From IMG/VR virus record IMGVR_UViG_3300028591_000113, positions 110,087 through 130,018 of that record: a stretch of 19,932 bases of DNA; one strand, written 5' to 3'. Made by a program: the position numbers and the translations under genes. The notes under the pieces were generated by a model. It had not been told where the DNA came from. It ran no database searches and saw only the letters and a list, made by a program, of their open reading frames with translations. Origin of the DNA: a virus (Duplodnaviria; Heunggongvirae; Uroviricota; Caudoviricetes). This document shows positions 17,211-19,932 of this stretch, one piece after another; positions within the stretch are counted from its first letter, which is position 1, and each line of letters begins with the position of its first letter.

Positions 17211-17910
17211 AGAACAAATTCAAACAGAAGTAGAAGCAAAAGGTTATAAATTATTGAGCGCAGAAGGCTATTCAAATATGAATAGTATTATTGTTGTTCA
17301 ATGTGACCATGGACATACTATTGAAGTTAGTATGGCTGATTTTCGTCGTGCCAGTTTTGAATGTCCTTGTTGTAATACTGGTAAAGTAGAAAATCCTATA
17401 AAAGTGCCTGAAAAAACAGGATATCGTGTTATTGCGTTTGACCAGGCAACAGAAAAGTTTGGTTTAAGTATTTGAGACGATGGTAAATTAGTATTTTTTA
17501 ATTTATACGCATTTACAGGCGCACTCAATGTTAGATTAGCAAAGATTAAAAAGTTACTTGAAGAAGTAATTATTCCTGAATGAAAACCAGATTTTATTGT
17601 ATGTGAAGATATACAATATCAATATGGCGCGGTTTTAACCTATAAAGTATTAGCAATGTTGCTTGGTATTATTGAAGTAACCTGCACCGAAAAAGGCATT
17701 CCTTATGAAGTAGTTAGTCCAAATGTTTGAAGAAAATATGCGGGAACTTGCGGAAAAACACGTCAAGAAGAAAAGATGCTTAGTGTTGCTACTGTTAGAC
17801 AGAAGTATCAAGTAAATGTAAGTGATGATGTTGCGGAAGCAATACTGATAGGCAGCTATGGTGCAAAAGTTCATAAACGTCAATTAGAATTGGCATTTGG
17901 TAAAAAATAA
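17194..17910 (+). CDS. ruvC: RuvC-like Holliday junction resolvase with an N-terminal zinc-ribbon, 238 aa, three in-frame TGA
   Basis: TGA at 17473, 17581 and 17728; TAA at 17908-17910. RuvC-type motifs are IAFDQAT, VCEDIQ, VSPNV[W]RK and DDVAEAILIG. The N-terminus has QCDHGH...CPCC. Confidence 0.85.
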
Positions 17911-17918
17911 ATAAAATT

Positions 17919-17944
17919 AAAGACCCCTTAATTGGGGTCTTTTT
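17919..17944. terminator. Bidirectional intrinsic terminator
   Basis: AAAGACCCC-ttaatt-GGGGTCTTTTT between the convergent ruvC and nucleotidyltransferase genes. Confidence 0.85.
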
Positions 17945-17945
17945 A

Positions 17946-18539
17946 TTATTCTTCTATTTGCTGAAGAGCTCATTGGTAAAGTATTTTAATTTTTTCTAAA
18001 TCTTGTTGATCATGAGCAATATTAATATTAGTTATTTGTTCTTCGGTTAAATCATATGACTGATTTAGTAAAATATAAAGAGTGGTTAAAATATGATATA
18101 AACCTTTTTTACTATGCTGTTTTTCTTTTCATTGAATTAGAGTTTTTCACATACGTTCTTCATATTGTAAAATATCAAACTGATCAATAACTGGATATAA
18201 GGTGCCAATTAAATTTTGTCGATATTTATATAAATATGCATAAATCGGTCAATGATCTATAAAAGATTCATCATATTTTTCATTATAACGAAAAATGATT
18301 TGGTAAGAGCCATCAAGATCATGTATTTGTCTACTTAAAGTTCGACATTTTTTTATTCGTTCTCTGTCATAATATCGATGTTTTCATACTAAGATAATAT
18401 CTACATCATGAGGATTTGTAATATATGGAACTGAAAAAGACCCACCAATTCAAATACACTGTAATTCTTCTTCATTTTGATGAAAAAAGTTAATTAATAT
18501 TGTTTTAATCTGATCATCCAGCACTTTGGTCTCAAGCAT
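17946..18539 (-). CDS. Pol-beta-superfamily nucleotidyltransferase-like protein, 197 aa, six in-frame TGA (missing from the ORF track)
   Basis: AGGAG RBS, ATG 18539, tandem TAA TAA stop. The sequence LQCI[W]IGGSFSVPYITNPHDVDIILV[W] gives the hGS...DxD signature, followed by a helical C-terminus (GLYHILTTLYILLNQSYDLTEEQI). Confidence 0.75.
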
Positions 18540-18909
18540 ATATATCTCCTTCTATTTGTAAATCTATATTAAAATCATAAATTTCTGCCTCAGTATAATA
18601 AAGATAAAACCATACCATATTATTAGAATCTACAGATCCTAACTCATAATCTTCACGTTCATATGTATCAGAACTAGTATTAACATACAAATAAGATACT
18701 GTAATATTAACATCAAAAGAATTAGGATTCTCAATACGTAAAAAAGCATATCAGCCTGTATCTTCATCATAATCACGAGAGGCATAAATATTTAACTCTT
18801 GATATGTAGCATCAGGAAAAACCTTGGTACCGCCATGATAGACGGTGCTTATCGAAGCGGTACCATGTTTTACTATTGTAATATTGGTTGAACCATGTTT
18901 AATTGCCAT
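18505..18909 (-). CDS. Small probable virion/tail-associated protein (134 aa if all TGA are read through; 125 aa if TGA 18532-18534 is the stop)
   Basis: AAGGT RBS. The N-terminus MAIKHGSTNITIVKHGTASISTVYHGGTKVFP has the repeated hG motif seen in phage tail-associated proteins. One internal TGA (DTG[W]YAF) precedes a beta-rich C-terminus. Confidence 0.65.
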
Positions 18910-18910
18910 A

Positions 18911-19932
18911 CTATGAAATTACCTTATCGAAAACTGTAGCGTTACTTGCATATATGGAATTGCTACTAACACTAGTACTATTGTTGAAAGTCATTGTAGT
19001 TCCTGAAATACTCGCTAATTGGATTGATTCATAATACAAATAGTAACTACTTTGCGAGTTTGCATAAACACCAACAACTCCTCGAATGACGCTACCATCT
19101 TGATAATATCCATTTGCGGAACATGCAGCTATAGCACTGGTAAAACCAAGATTATATAATGCAGTATTAATACTATATCATGATGTATAGGCTGAACTTA
19201 CAGAGTTTATAAAAGAAAAAGTGCAAACAATTGATGAACCAACTCCAACTTGAATGTTATGCTGATATCTTGCTACACTTGGACCAATAGGACCTGCTGG
19301 ACCACTTGGACCTTGAGGACCACTTGGACCTCTAGGACCTGTAAGACCACTTGGACCTTGAGGACCCTGAGGACCAATAGGGCCAGTTAAGCCACTAACA
19401 CCTCTAGGACCACTTGGACCTCTAGGACCTGTAAGACCACTTACACCCTTAGGACCACTTGGACCTTCTGGACCATCTGGACCTGTAAGACCAATAGGAC
19501 CACTAGGACCGCTTGGACCTTGAGGACCAGTAAGACCACTTACACCTCTAGGACCACTAGGACCTTGAGGACCTGTAAGACCACTTACACCTCTAGGACC
19601 ACTTGGACCACTAGGACCTTGAGGACCTGTAAGACCCATAGGACCTTCTTCACCTCTAGGACCGTCAGGACCTTGAGGACCTTGAGGACCAGTTAAACCA
19701 CTTACACCTCTAGGACCACTAGGACCTTGAGGACCTGTAAGACCACTTACACCTCTAGGACCTGTAAGACCTTTAGGACCACTTGGACCTTCAGGACCTT
19801 CTAATCCTTGAGGACCAGTAAGACCACTTACACCTCTAGGACCACTAGGACCTTGAGGACCTGTAAGACCACTTACACCTCTAGGACCACTTGGACCACT
19901 AGGACCTTGAGGACCTGTAAGACCCATAGGAC
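18911..19932 (-). CDS. Collagen-repeat tail fibre protein (3' part; start lies beyond the window), one in-frame TGA
   Basis: At least 72 uninterrupted Gly-X-Y triplets, then a roughly 120-aa Ser/Tyr/Asn-rich head domain. The frame continues through TGA 19178-19180 to TAG 18911-18913, 1 nt before the next ATG. Confidence 0.88.
19277..19932. repeat. Collagen-coding tandem repeat region, including a perfect 127-nt direct repeat (19518-19644 = 19806-19932)
   Basis: Recurrent 45-nt unit encoding [15 protein letters not shown]. The two long copies are identical base for base at a 288-nt period, and the second is cut by the window end. Confidence 0.9.

Larger units (their letters stand above)
1..19932. 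mobile_element. Segment of a large tailed bacteriophage genome (replication module, lysis-type genes, tail fibre)
   Basis: Sak-type annealase, phage-style SSB/helicase/primase/RecJ/DnaE cluster, holin-like genes and a collagen tail fibre are densely packed with TAATG overlaps. No host housekeeping context is visible. Confidence 0.93.

Noticed and set aside
17194-17910. TnpB/IscB/Cas12-like RNA-guided nuclease (RuvC plus zinc finger)
   Set aside because: The zinc ribbon is N-terminal rather than between RuvC-II and RuvC-III, the protein is only 238 aa, and no adjacent ncRNA-sized gap, transposase or array exists.
14252-19180. Pseudogenes or sequencing errors as the cause of the fragmented ORFs
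   Set aside because: All 22 interruptions are TGA, none is TAA, TAG or a frameshift, and catalytic motifs, RBSs and gene spacing remain intact.
14252-19180. TGA as selenocysteine or glycine
   Set aside because: There are too many sites in non-redox proteins, no SECIS-like hairpins were noticed, and the positions match typical Trp slots (RuvC PxxW, membrane interfaces).
19277-19932. CRISPR array or diversity-generating retroelement repeat
   Set aside because: The repeats are in-frame Gly-X-Y coding units with no unique spacers, no adenine-specific mismatches and no reverse transcriptase in the window.

Overview
This window is part of an AT-rich (roughly 30-33% GC by eye) large tailed-phage genome. 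The host is probably a Bacillota/Mollicutes-type bacterium (AGGAG RBSs, sigma70-like promoters); this is inferred and cannot be proven here. Bases 1-14252 (+) carry a phage-encoded bacterial-style replication/recombination module: type IIA topoisomerase A subunit, winged-HTH, SSB, Sak-type annealase, DnaB, DnaG, RecJ and DnaE. From 14252 onward the supplied code-11 ORF track fragments because TGA is used as a sense codon, almost certainly Trp (translation table 4). Re-translation gives intact genes: a 375-aa protein resembling a degenerate radical-SAM family, a DEDDh exonuclease, two holin-type membrane proteins (-), a Zn-ribbon-RuvC resolvase, a nucleotidyltransferase (-), a small virion-type protein (-) and a collagen-repeat tail fibre (-). 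By manual count, Trp codons are 47 TGG / 0 TGA before 14252 and 17 TGG / 22 TGA after it, with the switch at a TAATG gene junction. A second, independent signal is a strong excess of the palindrome GCGC (about 70 copies by hand count) that is absent from the minus-strand late genes. No tRNA, release factor, CRISPR array or rRNA was seen. All protein calls are motif recognition without database searches.
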